Shown: positions 26,721-39,837, numbered from the stretch's first letter. The stretch is 64,000 bases of DNA from Octopus vulgaris (GCA_951406725.2 OX597816.1:142414001-142478000), one strand, 5' to 3'. Notes: generated from the letters alone by a model not told the origin. Program-made: numbers and translations.

Positions 26721-27088
26721 TCAGTAGATGTATGTAGAAGTGTATGTACGTGTGTGCATATAATTTACAAGCATAACAAAAGTGTGTGTATATGTATATT
26801 GCAAAATTTACAGGCATTCAGTCATCCATGCAGATACATAGATTTTGTTTTCTTTTTAATATGGTTCATGTAAATATAATAATCCTGTTCTGACACTCCA
26901 GTGAATGTTCAACTCTGCATCACTGCATTTACTTCTCCTGACCAGTGTGTTTATTTATTTTGAAGCCCTTCATAGTGTCATGTAACCTCATGTATTCCAA
27001 AATCGAGACAATTACCAACATTCCCAAGTAGTTCACTTGAAAATTGTGGAGGTCCTTCCCATGTGAAACCATTGGTTGTTTTCTTAAT

Positions 27089-27089
<1 letters not shown>

Positions 27090-27187
<98 letters not shown>
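27090..27187. repeat. Compound (CA)n(TA)n(GA)n microsatellite
   Basis: Three perfect dinucleotide runs joined directly. Confidence 0.98.
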
Positions 27188-27607
27188 ATCAAATTGATTT
27201 AATGCAGTTCTTGTTCCAACACTCCATGCTTCTCATCTGGAAAGAAAACGAGAATATAAAAAGAATATGACAATTCTGTCAGGTATTGCAACCACCACAC
27301 ATACAGTTTCAGCAATGGAAGAATCATTAGAAAGCTGGTTTCTTTGGTTCCTTTGGAAAATTACCCGAATCACACACACACACACTCACAGCAACCACAA
27401 ACCTGATGTGTCTATTCATCTCTAACAGTAGAGAGCAGCCACCATATTTCATTCCATAACAGCTACCTCTGAAGAGTGCAGTTACATAATCAGACTGTTA
27501 CCAAATACTCCGTTGAACTGCTAGTGTGAAACCAATCAGTAAGATTGACTGTAATGGATATATGATACTGTGCACATCGATTAATGTGTGTACATATATA
27601 TATATAT

Positions 27608-27822
27608 AGTTACTCAAAACACGAAAACACAAAGAGAAAACAACAATGTGAGGACATGGAACAAGTATAGTGCTATTGGACGCTCAGGAAAGGAAAAAAA
27701 AGGAGGATTTGGAACAAGTATAGTGTTATTGGACGCTCAGGAAAAGAAAGAAAGGAGGAGGATTTAACATTTCGAGCAGAGCTCTTTGTCAGAAACATAG
27801 GAAAAGGAAAGATCCAAGGAAG
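27608..27822 (-). mobile_element. Hammerhead-bearing non-autonomous element in (TA)n (family of 41600-41815)
   Basis: Reverse complement reads GTTTCTGACAAAGAGCTCTGCTCGAAATGTTAAATC, homologous to 41679-41713. Internal duplication of GGAACAAGTATAGTG.TATTGGACGCTCAGGAAA. Confidence 0.8.
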
Positions 27823-28415
27823 ATATATATATAATTCTTATACATTATTTTATAGTTTCTTTTTAGGGAGGGAAAATATTACCTGAATCTCTGATTCACT
27901 TATAACAAATAAAGATGAGAGAAAATAAAGAAATATTCTTTCTTACTGCTTGTTTGTTGCTGTTGTGTTTAATCACATACACACACACAAGCAAACTTAT
28001 GTAAAAAAAAAGGTTTCAAATATGACTATCCCATCTTTTTTTTCCAGACTTAGCATTTACAAAACTACACTATCCAGTGTGATTTTGAGAAAATTTGGCT
28101 GCTATTTCTAATATAACAGCTTCTTTGTTGTTTTTCGCTTAGGTGGTGATGTTTGGCCTCAGCTCTGATGCAGCAGAACTATCATCAAATGTGTTCCAGC
28201 TGTCCCCAGCCCATTATTATTTCAGAAATAGTGCATATAAGACTACATTATCCAGTATACCATTTTCTTTCTTTTTTCTAAGATGGTAGTGTGGGGTTGA
28301 GGGAGATGTGCATTTTATTTCTAGCATGTTAAACAACCATGTTGAGAATGCTTCATCAGCTCATTGTCTATTTTCTTTTGTTATTTTACTTTTTAACTTT
28401 ATGCCTGGATTCAGA

Positions 28416-28458
<43 letters not shown>

Positions 28459-29187
28459 ACACATACGCACATAACACACAGATCTATTCAGAAAGACTTG
28501 TATGTATGTATGCTTGTATGTATAAATACATGATTGTGTGTGCATATATATATATATATATGCAGTGTATGTGAGTACTTATATAAATATACCAGTGTGT
28601 GTGAATGGCTGAATGATTCAATTTGCAATCATAAGTTCCTAGTATCAATACCACTGCATGGCACCTTAGGCAAGTTTCTTCTATCATACTCATGACTTGA
28701 CCCAAACCTTATGAGTAAAATTGAATTGAAACTGTGTGGAGTTAGTTGGACTGTAACTGAAATTCTAAGAACCATCCTTGTTATACAGCATGTCATACTC
28801 ATTCTACTTGAGGATTACATGCATGGTACAAATGTGTGTTGAATATTCAGTTACTTCCACTATATAATTTCAATAAGCAAGTAGCTCTGTTGACAGAACA
28901 TCTGGAATACTCATTGTTAAAACAAACAAATTGTTTACTATGATTTCTTTTATTTACCTATACAAATATATAGATGTGTACATGTATACATTTGACTGAA
29001 TGGAAATAAAAGGTTCTATTGCCTATGTTACAAATTAATGATTAGTTGTAGCAAGAGCATCATCCAACTGTAAAAACAATTGGATCAAGGGAGCTTCTTA
29101 CTGGTTGTTTGACCTGCTAGAAATAGTAACCAAATCTTTCAAATCATACCTTACTGTTTGTTTTAGATATGAAAGGACACCTTAAAT

Positions 29188-29671
29188 CAGTGGTTCTCAA
29201 GCTTTTGTAGCTCAGAACTTCAGGATAGTACTCCATCACAAAAGTCTGTTTTCAATGGCTGTTGTGCATGACTGTGGCTTTGAACTAAGTGATTAGCCTG
29301 CCTATTCTCCTGCCCCATTTGAATGGTGTCTTACAAATGTTGCTGTTTAGATATTTGATTGGATTAGTATTCACTAAGATAAACTTTGATAGAAATTACT
29401 AAAGAAGGTGAGAAGTTTTAAAATTATATTGGTCAAATTTTTGTTTAAAGATAACACAATTTCCTGTTAATCCTCTAATCTTGACAAAAATTCTTTAATG
29501 TATTTAAAATATAAATATTGTACTAGGTTTTAGTAAAAACCACAACACCTCTAAACATTCAGTGCCCTCCACCATCTACCTGCCTCATAGTACTGTTTTG
29601 ATATTTGCTTCTTCTATGTGAATTTACAACATACCAAGAGAGCACTGCCAACCAAGTTAAGAACCACTCTG
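29188..29671. mobile_element. hAT (Charlie-type) MITE with 8-bp TSD, containing a mariner fragment
   Basis: Termini CAGTGGTTCTCAA / TTAAGAACCACT(CT)G. TSD CCTTAAAT at 29180-29187 and 29672-29679. 29221-29312 resembles 26101-26167. Confidence 0.8.
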
Positions 29672-30255
29672 CCTTAAATAATTTATTTCTAGATATATTC
29701 TGGCCTTAGAAAAAATAAAAAAGAAGAATCATGACTGAAGCATCAATCATTATCTATTCAATCAAGATTGATTCTTGTCTTAAAATACATTAGTACAAGT
29801 AAATATCTAACCTATGGTTGTATGGTAAAACTGATATAAAACAGTCATATATAATTTACATACTAATATGTATATGCCTATGTATATACATAGACTTGTG
29901 TGTGTTTGTATGTGTGTGTGTGTGTGAGAGAGAGAGTTGTAAAATATCAGTCCCCTACCTCCTGTTTCCTTCAGTACATGTTCTTGTGGCCACTGTTATC
30001 TTCATCAGAACTTGAACAAATTAATAAATGATGTAGAAAAATATATTTTTTGTTGCTGTAACGTACCATGTGACTTGTATTTTACGTCTGCAAGCCACTT
30101 GTACTAGCCATGCATTCATTCTATAAAATGATTTCAAAAAGAATTTCAGAATATAATGACAAGATATAAATTCTGTCTTGTATAAAATTTATATAGAATT
30201 CACATTTTGTTCAGATCACAATTTCAAATCATTCTCTTCATGTATACATGTACCC

Positions 30256-30290
<35 letters not shown>

Positions 30291-32084
30291 CAAGTTATTC
30301 AGAAAGGACCAGGTAGTGTTCATGACTTTTGCTGTCTCCTCCCAAATTCTGTAAACCAATGTTTCCCACAAACACATGAGTTAAGAGGAAATCAGTTGTC
30401 TGGTACAACAGTTTGAAACTGAGCTTCAGTAAATGTACCTAAGAACCAAGGAGTATTAAACTAGTTAAGTTACATAGGAGTAAAAAAAAATGCATTTCTA
30501 ACACAACCACATATTTTGGGAAACACATTGTCAGACTAATATTTGTTTGGTAGTTACTTTACTGCCCAAGAAAGAATGTATGGTAAATTAATCCTGATGA
30601 CTTTTGAACTCACAATGTTAAAACATGTAACTAAAATCTGCCCTTCAGCATCCAAGAATGGCTAACAGCCTATTGGTAAGTTCAGAAGTGCCACCATCCC
30701 CTGTATAAAAGTTATAAGGAAGGATTACAGAAGTCAGCTTTATTCCTTTTTCTTCAACTACAACTTGTTGATGAGACCTTCCAATTATGAGGCTTTAAAA
30801 AAGACACTGATGACAGGGTAGCTAACTATTGGATATACAACAAAGTTGTAAATGAGTATTTCATACCTATTGAGCATCAGGTTTACTAGTTTACAGCAAT
30901 AAACCACCAACCATCCTCTGCTTAGACATAAATCAGTTCTCTCCATATGCATCAACATGTCCTGCATTTAATAGATGGCTTATAATAACAATAATAGATA
31001 TGTATTATAGCTATTATAGTTCTCTCCAGATTTTTTAATCTCTTTCCTACAAGTGCTGAAATTTTACCTCAATTGTTTTAACAGTAAGTTTACAAGTTTG
31101 GTCTTATGAAACTCCCTTTAAAGGTCATCCAGAACCACTCCTAGTATTTTGTTATAGTGCCAGGAATATCAATGCTATTGGCTTCCACAGTAGATAGATG
31201 GCATTTATTAAATTGTGCACTTAACAAAATAGAACTATCTTGTCATCTGAGAAGCCAGCATATTATTTTTACTATTGTGCTTCATTGGTGTTGGCTCGAA
31301 TTTTGTGGCATATGTAAACTTCAGGTGCAAAAGAAAAAAGATCTGTTTCTAAGTAGTGATGATATGTAAGATATTGGTAATTTATTGATTAAACAAATAA
31401 GAAAGGTTACAGCTAATTTGTGAGTTAAGATTGAACTTCTCTTGTTTTCTCTGGAAAGTGATATCGTTACAATCAGATTAAAATCAATAATACTATTTAG
31501 TCATGAAGTGAACAGCTATGATCAAATGCAAAGTTTGTTAACTTCATTGAAGTTACCTGTTGGATTCCTCTCAAGTGAAGAAAATTACTTTGAAACCAGG
31601 CAAATTAGCCCATTACTTTGTTCCAGAATGACCCAAGACTTCAAATTGGGTTACTTCTTTCTAAAATTCATACCATAAAAGTTTATTATAAAAAATAAAA
31701 AATTGTTTCTGGGTTTGCAATTTTTTTTTTAATTTCAAACTACCAGGCATGGCTGTATAATGAAGAATTTCACTTCCCATCTCTTGGTTTTGGGTTTACT
31801 CCCACTGAGTTGTATCTTGAGCAAGTCTGTTCTACTATTGTGCTTCATTGACTGATCAAAGACTTGTGAATGGATCTAGTTGACAGAAAGTGAAAGAAGC
31901 TTGCTTTTTAAATGTGTGTGCATATACATGTGTGTATGTGTTTATACCTCGTTGTCTTAACATCACCATCATACAAGTATGGAAAAGTAGGCATTAAAAC
32001 AATAATGATATCTCAGATATACTCATTTAGTCTCTGTCTTATTATCTACTTTTGATTATGTCGCCATTTTTGTCTTTGACGGCC

Positions 32085-32345
32085 ACTACCTGCCTCCACT
32101 TTTTGTCTGTTAGCAGATAAGATTGAGAAAACAGTTGTATGGCGGCACTGAAGTGGCAGCCTGAGGGGAAAAGAGCAGTAGGGTACCCTAAAACCACATA
32201 GCAAGGGACCATTGACAAGGAAAGGTGACGAGAAAGGTGGAGAAGCCGGAATGAGACCAGAACAGTGGCAGAAATCAGAGCTTGTTGGAGAGATTGTGTT
32301 GCAGTTTCATGTGCCTCATGGCATGGAGAGAAATAACTAACCAAA
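32085..32345 (+). mobile_element. RTE-like LINE 3' end fragment
   Basis: Translates ALKWQPEGKRAVGYPKTT*QGTIDKER, matching the RTE C-terminal W.P.GKR..GRPKTTW motif. Confidence 0.7.
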
Positions 32346-33284
32346 TAACTTTTATCTATGATTTGATAAAAAAAGATAGGGTAGAAGGACTAAATGAATT
32401 ACAGAGATTTTTAATACTGCTTTTGAATATTCCAAGTTCCAATACAACTGTCAGTTTCACTTTTAATCCTGCCCAGGGTTTATAAACTAAATTTGTTGTC
32501 TTTCCATCTGAAAGTCAGCCATGACAAAACAAACCTACAATCAAAGACATTCCAGCCATAACTAAACTGTCTTTTATTTGGATGTAATGTAGTTAGAAAT
32601 ACTTTTAGTGTTTCCTTCCCTTGAGATTATAGATGTGATTTTAAAGGAGATTTGACTACTGTATCCTTCAGCTCAAGTAATTGTATAAAATATTTTGTTA
32701 GCTTGTTCTAAATAATAGTATACTGCAGTCAGTTTGATCCACTCCACCCTCACTCTAAAAAAAAACAAAGCAAATAATACTTTGGTCGGTTCCTGTCTAA
32801 TTAAAACCATTATCATTTTTTAGAAAGGTATTTTGCTCTAAAGTATAACATTTACATTGTGATATATTCACTCCTTCATATCTACAGTCTTCAGTTCTTG
32901 GAGCTGTAAATATATCTTTTATCTTTTGCTGATTTTAGTCTTTGGACTGTGGCGATTCTGGAGCACTGCCTTGAAGGGTCCATGCAAGCAAACCAACTCC
33001 AGTACATATTTTTCTAAGTCTAGTACCTAGTCTATCAGTTCTTGCTGGACTGCCAAGTTATGAGGACAGAAACAAATCAACACTTGATGTAATAGGACAA
33101 AATATGTACAAGAATGGATACATATATTCACTCACACACACACATATCCCCTACATTTTGTATATGGATACATCGTAGGTGCAGCAATACCAATAAGCAA
33201 TGAAAATGTGTAGAAAACAGCTTCCATCACATTCCAGGTAGAGGTGGTGAAGCTATCTATAAACTTCGAATATTGGGCCTCACC

Positions 33285-33915
33285 GACTGAGACCTTTGGA
33301 GCTATGTTGTGCTTGAGAATTCCTAGTAAGCCTAGGGAGACCGTAACTGTGGCCTATGCCAGTGCAGCATAACCAGCCCATTTAAGAGTACACTTCAATC
33401 ATTGAGCAATAAGCTGTGCTTGCAAAGACCTGTTGAGGCAAGTGAAATTGTTGTTGTAGCTGATGACAGTACTGCCTGATTGGCACCTGGTGACATGTAA
33501 AAAGCACCATTTGAGCGTGGTTGATGCCAGTGCCAGTGGTATGTTAAAAGCACCATTCAATCGTGATCATTGCCAGTGCCACCTGATGGCTCACGTGCCA
33601 GTGGCACATAAAAAGCACCATTTGAGTGTGGTCGATGCCAGTGCTGGTTGATTGGTCCCATGCGGGTGGCATGTAAAAAGTACCATTCAAGTGTGGTTGA
33701 TGCCAGTACCACCTGACTGGCCCTTGTGCTGGTGGCACGTAAAATGCACCCACTACACTCTCGGAGTGGTTGGCGTTAGGAAGGACATCCAGCTATAGAA
33801 ACTTTGCCAGATTGGATTGGAGCATGGTGCAGCCTTCTGGCTTGCCAGCTCTCAGTCAAACTATCCAACCCATGCCAGCATGGAAAGTGGACGTTAAACA
33901 ACAATGATGATGATG
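33285..33915 (+). mobile_element. Non-autonomous element with RTE-type tail and internal ~60-bp tandem repeats
   Basis: About 5 diverged units of GGTGGCACGTAAAAAGCACCATT.GAG.GTGG..GATGCCAGTG, then GGCGTTAGGAAGGACATCCAGC and CCAACCCATGCCAGCATGGAAA..GGACGTTAAA(GAT)n. Confidence 0.75.
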
Positions 33916-35049
33916 TGTATGTACACAAACACACCTATGCATAGACAGTATTTACTCATGTTTAAGGTTTTTTTTTCCTTTTTTTTAACATGACTTCTGT
34001 AAAAATGAATTCGGAGTGGTGACTTATATATGTACCTCAGAAAACTTGTTTAGGGAATTTTATCATTGTCACAACCAGCCACTATAATAAATGCTGAACC
34101 ACTCAGTTGCACATTACAATCGGATACAGTGATTCTGAATAAATACCTGTAGTTATCACTATGTGCAAGGAAACCAGAGAATTCTTTTTATATAAATCTA
34201 GTTTTTTGAGCTTATTGACTAGCCTTAAGCATCTTAGGGAAGAAATCAGTGGCTCTGGTGATACAGTGAAGTGTCTGGGTGGAGACTGGATGATGATGAG
34301 TTAAAATAATCGCAGAAATGTTGATGGGAGAGATGACAGCAAAAATTGAAAGAAACATTTTTGGAGAAATAAGTAAACACTGAAAGGGTGAAGGTCAAGG
34401 CAGAATAGAAAGAAAGGAAAAGGGTTTATTTGTGAGCTTGTCTGTTGGATGATAAATGTTTGAAAGAAATAGGTTTTTATAAAAGGAGAAAATCTTACCT
34501 TGTATGAAAGATTGTCATAATGGCTGCTACTGGTATAAAGAGAATTAATCAAACTCTACTAATATCATTAGACATGCAACATAATTTGAAAAGCTTTAGT
34601 TCTTGTCTCATCTTCCTTATAGACTTGGATTATAAATTATTTCAAATTTTTTTTATGCAAAATATTTGCTCTGACTTACAAATAAATATTTGTGTGCATG
34701 TATGTGTATGTAAAGGTACTTTATGATTAAGGTATTGAGCTCACAGTCATATAGTAGTAGGCTCCATTCTTGGACTGAACAGTGTATTGTTTTCTTGAGA
34801 AAAGCAGTTTATTTCATGTTGCTCTTATCTACTAAGTCATAAATGAATACCACCCCAGTGTTGGTGCAGCTTTTTCTCCCTCTGGCTGTCATTTCTTAAG
34901 CATTCTTCTCGGTCAACAATTTGGAGGAGTGAGAGGGTGTTATAGCTACATAGGATTGTGTAGGCTCCGAAAACAATTAGCAAAAGCAAGGTACATGCTA
35001 CAAATTTATACACGCTTGTGAGTGATGGCTATGGTTTATATATATACTA

Positions 35050-35745
35050 TTTGTCTCAGGTTTAGATTGTAGTCATGCACATTGGGGCACCATCTTGAAG
35101 GGTTTTGTCAAATAAATCAACCCCAGTACTTATTTTTAAAGCCTGGTGCTTATTTTATCAGTTCCTTTTTGCTGAACTGCTAACTTAAGGGGATGTGAAC
35201 AAACCAATACCAGTTGTCAAGCAGTGATGATAACAAATACAAAGACATACACACATTGATATACATATAATAAATAATTATAGCAACAAAAGTGGTATTA
35301 ATTCCAAAAGTTAATATTTATCCCCACTTAAAAGTAGATGTTTTAGAACACATAGAGTTACCATGAGAGAACTTTTCATATTTGCTTTTGGTGCATATAA
35401 ACATTCTTGTTTACATTGCTAGTGGGAGATAAATCACCCACCATTGCCACTGCAAAGACTACTGGATCATATGATTTGTGCTACCATTGACAGGGCCAGG
35501 GAAGGCTGAAATCAAGAGTACTCATATGCACCAAAAGCCAATATGAGAGATTCACAACATCCACTTTTAAGTGGTGGTAAATTCAAATATGTAATGACAG
35601 GCTTTTTTCAGTTTCCATCTATCACATTCATTCACAAGGTTTTTGTTGGCCCAAATTATAGATGACACTTGCCCAAGGTGCCATACAGTGGGACTGAACC
35701 CAGAACCATATGATTTGGAAGCAAACTTCTTCCCACACAGCCATA
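35050..35745 (-). mobile_element. CORE-SINE family A interrupted by a palindromic insertion
   Basis: Tail at 35050-35250, head and core at 35595-35745, unrelated inverted-repeat element between them. Confidence 0.75.
35313..35583. mobile_element. Palindromic MITE-like element
   Basis: CCACTTAAAAGTAGATGTT pairs with AACATCCACTTTTAAGTGG. TCATATTTGCTTTTGGTGCATAT pairs with ATATGCACCAAAAGCCAATATGA. Confidence 0.65.
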
Positions 35746-35997
35746 TCTATAGCATAGTTAAGTGTGAGCCCTTACTATCTATAAACTACCAAAATCTTTA
35801 AATTTGTGTTTATTCCAAAGTTGTGCTTGTTTAGTATATGTTGAAACTAAAACAATTGCATCATAGTAGAATCTTTTTATCCTTTTAAAACACATGTACT
35901 ATTATAGTCACTTCTCTTTAATTTATAATATTCATATATGCATTCATTATTAAGAGTATATTAAGTAATAATAGATACATTTGAAAAAACTTGAATA

Positions 35998-36105
35998 ATA
36001 CTAGCTATGGCGGTACATATTCAAAAATTGGAATGATACAGAGAAGATTAGCAAGACCCCTGCACAAGCATGACACACAAATACGTGAAGCATTCCATAT
36101 TTTTT
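35998..36105 (+). pseudogene. U6: U6 snRNA retropseudogene (full length)
   Basis: ACATATTCAAAAATTGGAATGATACAGAGAAGATTAGCAAGACCCCTGCACAAGCATGACACACAAATACGTGAAGCATTCCATATTTTT aligns to U6 end to end. ACAGAGA box and AGC triad retained. Several changes look like CpG decay. Confidence 0.95.
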
Positions 36106-36160
36106 ATAAACACGGTGCTCCAGCATGATCACAGTCAAATGACTGAAACAAGTGTAAGAG
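36106..36160 (+). mobile_element. 3' tail of SINE family A (or its partner LINE) fused to U6
   Basis: GGTGCTCCAGCATGATCACAGTCAAATGACTGAAACAAGTGTAAGAG matches the tail at 17439-17484. Confidence 0.9.
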
Positions 36161-37402
36161 AATAATAATAAAACATCGCGTTTTAAATGTTAATATTTAA
36201 TGTAACTCTACCATAATGTAAATATGTTTATTATTATCATGGGCACTGTGCTAAAGCATAGTGTCCATGAACTAAAATGAATCAAAAAGATTATTATTAA
36301 ACTTCAAATCATAATAGACTTGCTGTAGTTATTTCTCAAAGTATAAAACTTTTAAGTACTTTCACCTAAGAGTCAGTCCCCTGTTCAACACAGTTTGGTC
36401 ATGACTGGAAGATTACCCAAATGCTGTTCCCTAGATCTAAATGTAAATCTTTAAACTATTTAATACCTGTGTATCCACATGTTGCAGATGAAATCTAATA
36501 TTAACTCTCAGATTCTCATTTCTTCAGGAAACATGGAATATATACCTGCAATGTACTAAGATATGTTGAATAGTTTGCAATGTATGTGGTACATTTTAAT
36601 GGCTACTTCCATTAGATACCCAATAATTTCTGTAATAAATAGGATTTTATATCTTCTATATATTTCAAACTTAACAATATAAATGCTATATACTGATATC
36701 ACTATTAGCAATAAACACACACACACATAATGAAAAATGTTCAACTCTGACCTTCAACATTGTTAAAGAAATATTGATATTTTCAATGTGGTTCAGCAGT
36801 TCTAAATTAGATTACTTTAGAAATGTTTGGTGTTCTTTGAAGCCTTCTTCTATAATCAGCTGCTACTTGTTATAGGTTTCCATCCACAAACCAGTCTTCA
36901 TCATATCTTCTTATTTTCTGCTTTATTCTTCTCTAATGTGAATCAGCTAATAAATTTTTTTTTAATCTTGCCCACACACTTATATGCGCTACATATTCAT
37001 ATATAAATAAATATCACATATGCATCTTAGTACATATATGTATGTGTATATTGATCTAACTGGAAGATTGCCCAAATGTTGTTGACTAGTTAAGAAGTTT
37101 GCTTCACAATGATAAAGTCTTGGGTTTGATCCAATTTTGTGACATCTTGGACAGATCTCTTTTGCTATACTCTAGGATCCACCCAAGCCATTTCAGTGAT
37201 ATTAGGTTGTCAGAAAGTGTAAGACTGTTTTTGTCATTCAAAGGACTGGCTTTGTCACATTCTAGCTTTAGCCCTCAACTCCTGATGAAGTAGCACATTA
37301 TAAACCAATTTTTGCCTTTTATTGCAGCTGCTTGCCAAAACTTAGGCCTCTGCTAATGACTTCCCTGTCTACTCTTCAACATTATCTATCAATTTTTTCC
37401 TC

Positions 37403-37687
37403 TCTTTTACTTGTTTCTGTCATCTGACTGCAGCCATGCTGGAGCACCACCTTTAGTCTAACAAATCAACCCCAGGACTTGTTCTTTGTAAGCCTAGTAT
37501 TTATTCTATCGGTCTCTTTTGCCGAACTGCTAAGTTGCAGGGACGACGTAAACACACTAGCATCGCCCAGATATACATATATACGACAGGCTATAGTAGA
37601 AGACACTTGCCCAAGGTACCACACAGTGGGACTGAACCCGGAACTATGTGGGTTGTAAGCAAGCTACTTACCACACAGCCACTCCTG
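37403..37687 (-). mobile_element. CORE-SINE family A with internal deletion
   Basis: Reverse-complement tail, core and head present. Confidence 0.88.
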
Positions 37688-37699
37688 TTGACTTCTTTT

Positions 37700-38150
37700 T
37701 CTTTCCATCTCTACATTTCCTTAAAAAAAAGTCTTTGCAAGGCCACTGAATTTTGCCATTCCATCTCAGCTTATGCTTTTTTCCCAGTTAGAAGGTCTTC
37801 ATGCAGATCATTGTAATGCTAGAAGGTTTTGTGGCCCTTGTTATTTGTGATATAGTCAAAGTAGGAAATCTTGAAGATGTTGCAGTAGCAACTCATTTCT
37901 AGTACCTATATCTTTTCCTGTCTCCTGCAGTGACAGTGTATGCAGAAGCCTGGTCTTGCTTTTTGTGGTACTGGTTCTATCTTTCTATTTTGACTTCAGT
38001 TTGGTTTGTGTTGTTATTGTCTGTATAATTCTTGCACAGATTTCTCTTCCACCTGATCCTCCAGCTATTCGAACTGCTGCACATTATCATACTGTGCTTT
38101 GCCCATTGTGACAGAGGATTATGCTAAGTATACAAGCATATTCAGAATAC
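37700..38150 (-). mobile_element. Decayed RTE-like LINE fragment
   Basis: Minus strand gives EMSCYCNIFKIS (FEMxCYRRIL.I-like). Confidence 0.4.
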
Positions 38151-38289
38151 TTAACCAACTACAATGTTCATCAAAACCATCAAAGGAACCATTTACAGTG
38201 TGTGTGCCAGTGGCATGAAAGTAACACCTATTACATGCTGTAAGATAGTTAGCCTTAGGAAGGCATCCAGCCATAGAAACCATGTCATA

Positions 38290-38351
<62 letters not shown>

Positions 38352-38735
38352 GTATACTGTTCTACTGCACAACATTACCAAACAAAATCAGATAGGAAAA
38401 TACTACAGAAAAATACATACTTTATAAAATTACATACAAAATTCAATTTATCATGGAAATCCTATTCATATCGCAATACAATCCCAAAACTAACATTGAA
38501 ACACGCATCAAAAAATTTACATGCAGTTAGAATTTGACCATGACTAATGAAAACAGGACTGTTGATGCATGAAGCTAACAGTTAAAAACATTCTTTGGAA
38601 TGGAAGTGTAAACAAATTCTACCAGTTTATAAGAAACAACACAGACAGAAAATATATTCAGTTCTTAAAAATGAAACTGTGAAGGTTGCAAAATGGCAAA
38701 TATGAATTTATGAACCCTTTTTGTTCCAAACCATT

Positions 38736-38792
<57 letters not shown>

Positions 38793-38829
38793 ATATATAT
38801 ATATATCATTACTTAACAACTGAAACACG

Positions 38830-38906
<77 letters not shown>

Positions 38907-39010
38907 TTGTATATGCATTAGCACTCCATTAAATCATCCATAGATTTCTATGGTAAATACATGTAATATGCTGACAGACAGAATTTCCCAACATCTGCCA
39001 GTGAGCTGTC

Positions 39011-39060
39011 CTCACTGATGAAGTCTGCAGAAATAGCTGAAACTAAACATTTAGTCTGGG
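39011..39060 (+). ncRNA. Type I hammerhead ribozyme motif
   Basis: CTCA-CTGATGA-[AGTCTG..TAGCT]-GAAA-CTAA(ACAT)TTAG-TC-TGGG: complete core, stems I-III and a GUC cleavage triplet. Confidence 0.65.
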
Positions 39061-39260
39061 TGATTTTTAAGTCGGAGATATGGCAATTACAATCCCTGTC
39101 AGTATGTGTGTATACATTTGTGTGCTTCCTACAGCATTTAGAGTATTTAAACTCTTATTTCTAGCAAAGTAGGTGTCTTGGCAACCTCAGTCACATTTAG
39201 TAACCATTGAATTTTTTCTTTATTGTATTACATCGAGCTTAGCTGTTTATATTAATCATA

Positions 39261-39293
<33 letters not shown>

Positions 39294-39837
39294 GTTTGAA
39301 AAATCTAAAATAAAAAAGATAAAAGTTGGGCATAGCTGTATATTTGATGAGACATGCATATGTATTTTGTATGTATGTATGACTCTGTATGTGTGGTCTC
39401 TTAAGTTTGGTGTTTTCACTGTATGTAGCGACTTTAGTTAAGTCATCTGGGGACCAGTCTGACTTGCTTGAAAAAGCAATTGCATGGAGTTAAATAGACT
39501 TCAAAGTAACAGGTCACTAGACCAACCCCCCAAAAAAACTACTGCACTCTATGGTTGTCTTGAGTATTTCTTCTCCAGATCATTACCTAACGACTGAAAC
39601 ACTCGCATACACACACTAGAAGCTCTGGGGTAGTTTGTAAGGGCAATGCACAAGCACTCAGCTCTGAGTGCACTACATCTTATAGCAAAAACAGCTGTAA
39701 ACTTATGAAGCTTACTACATTTTCCTTGTCATTTCTTCAAATTTCATACTGTGCTCTATACACACCTAGTTCTTTATTCTGAATCATATGTATACTGAGT
39801 TCTAATACCAGATTATTAGTTTCACTATGCCTGAGTA

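Noticed and set aside
33440-33750. CRISPR-like repeat-spacer appearance
   Set aside because: Eukaryotic context, degenerate repeats, related linkers and no cas genes.
35998-36105. Functional U6 gene
   Set aside because: Many substitutions including in the internal stem-loop, a retroposon tail attached, and no recognisable upstream PSE/TATA.
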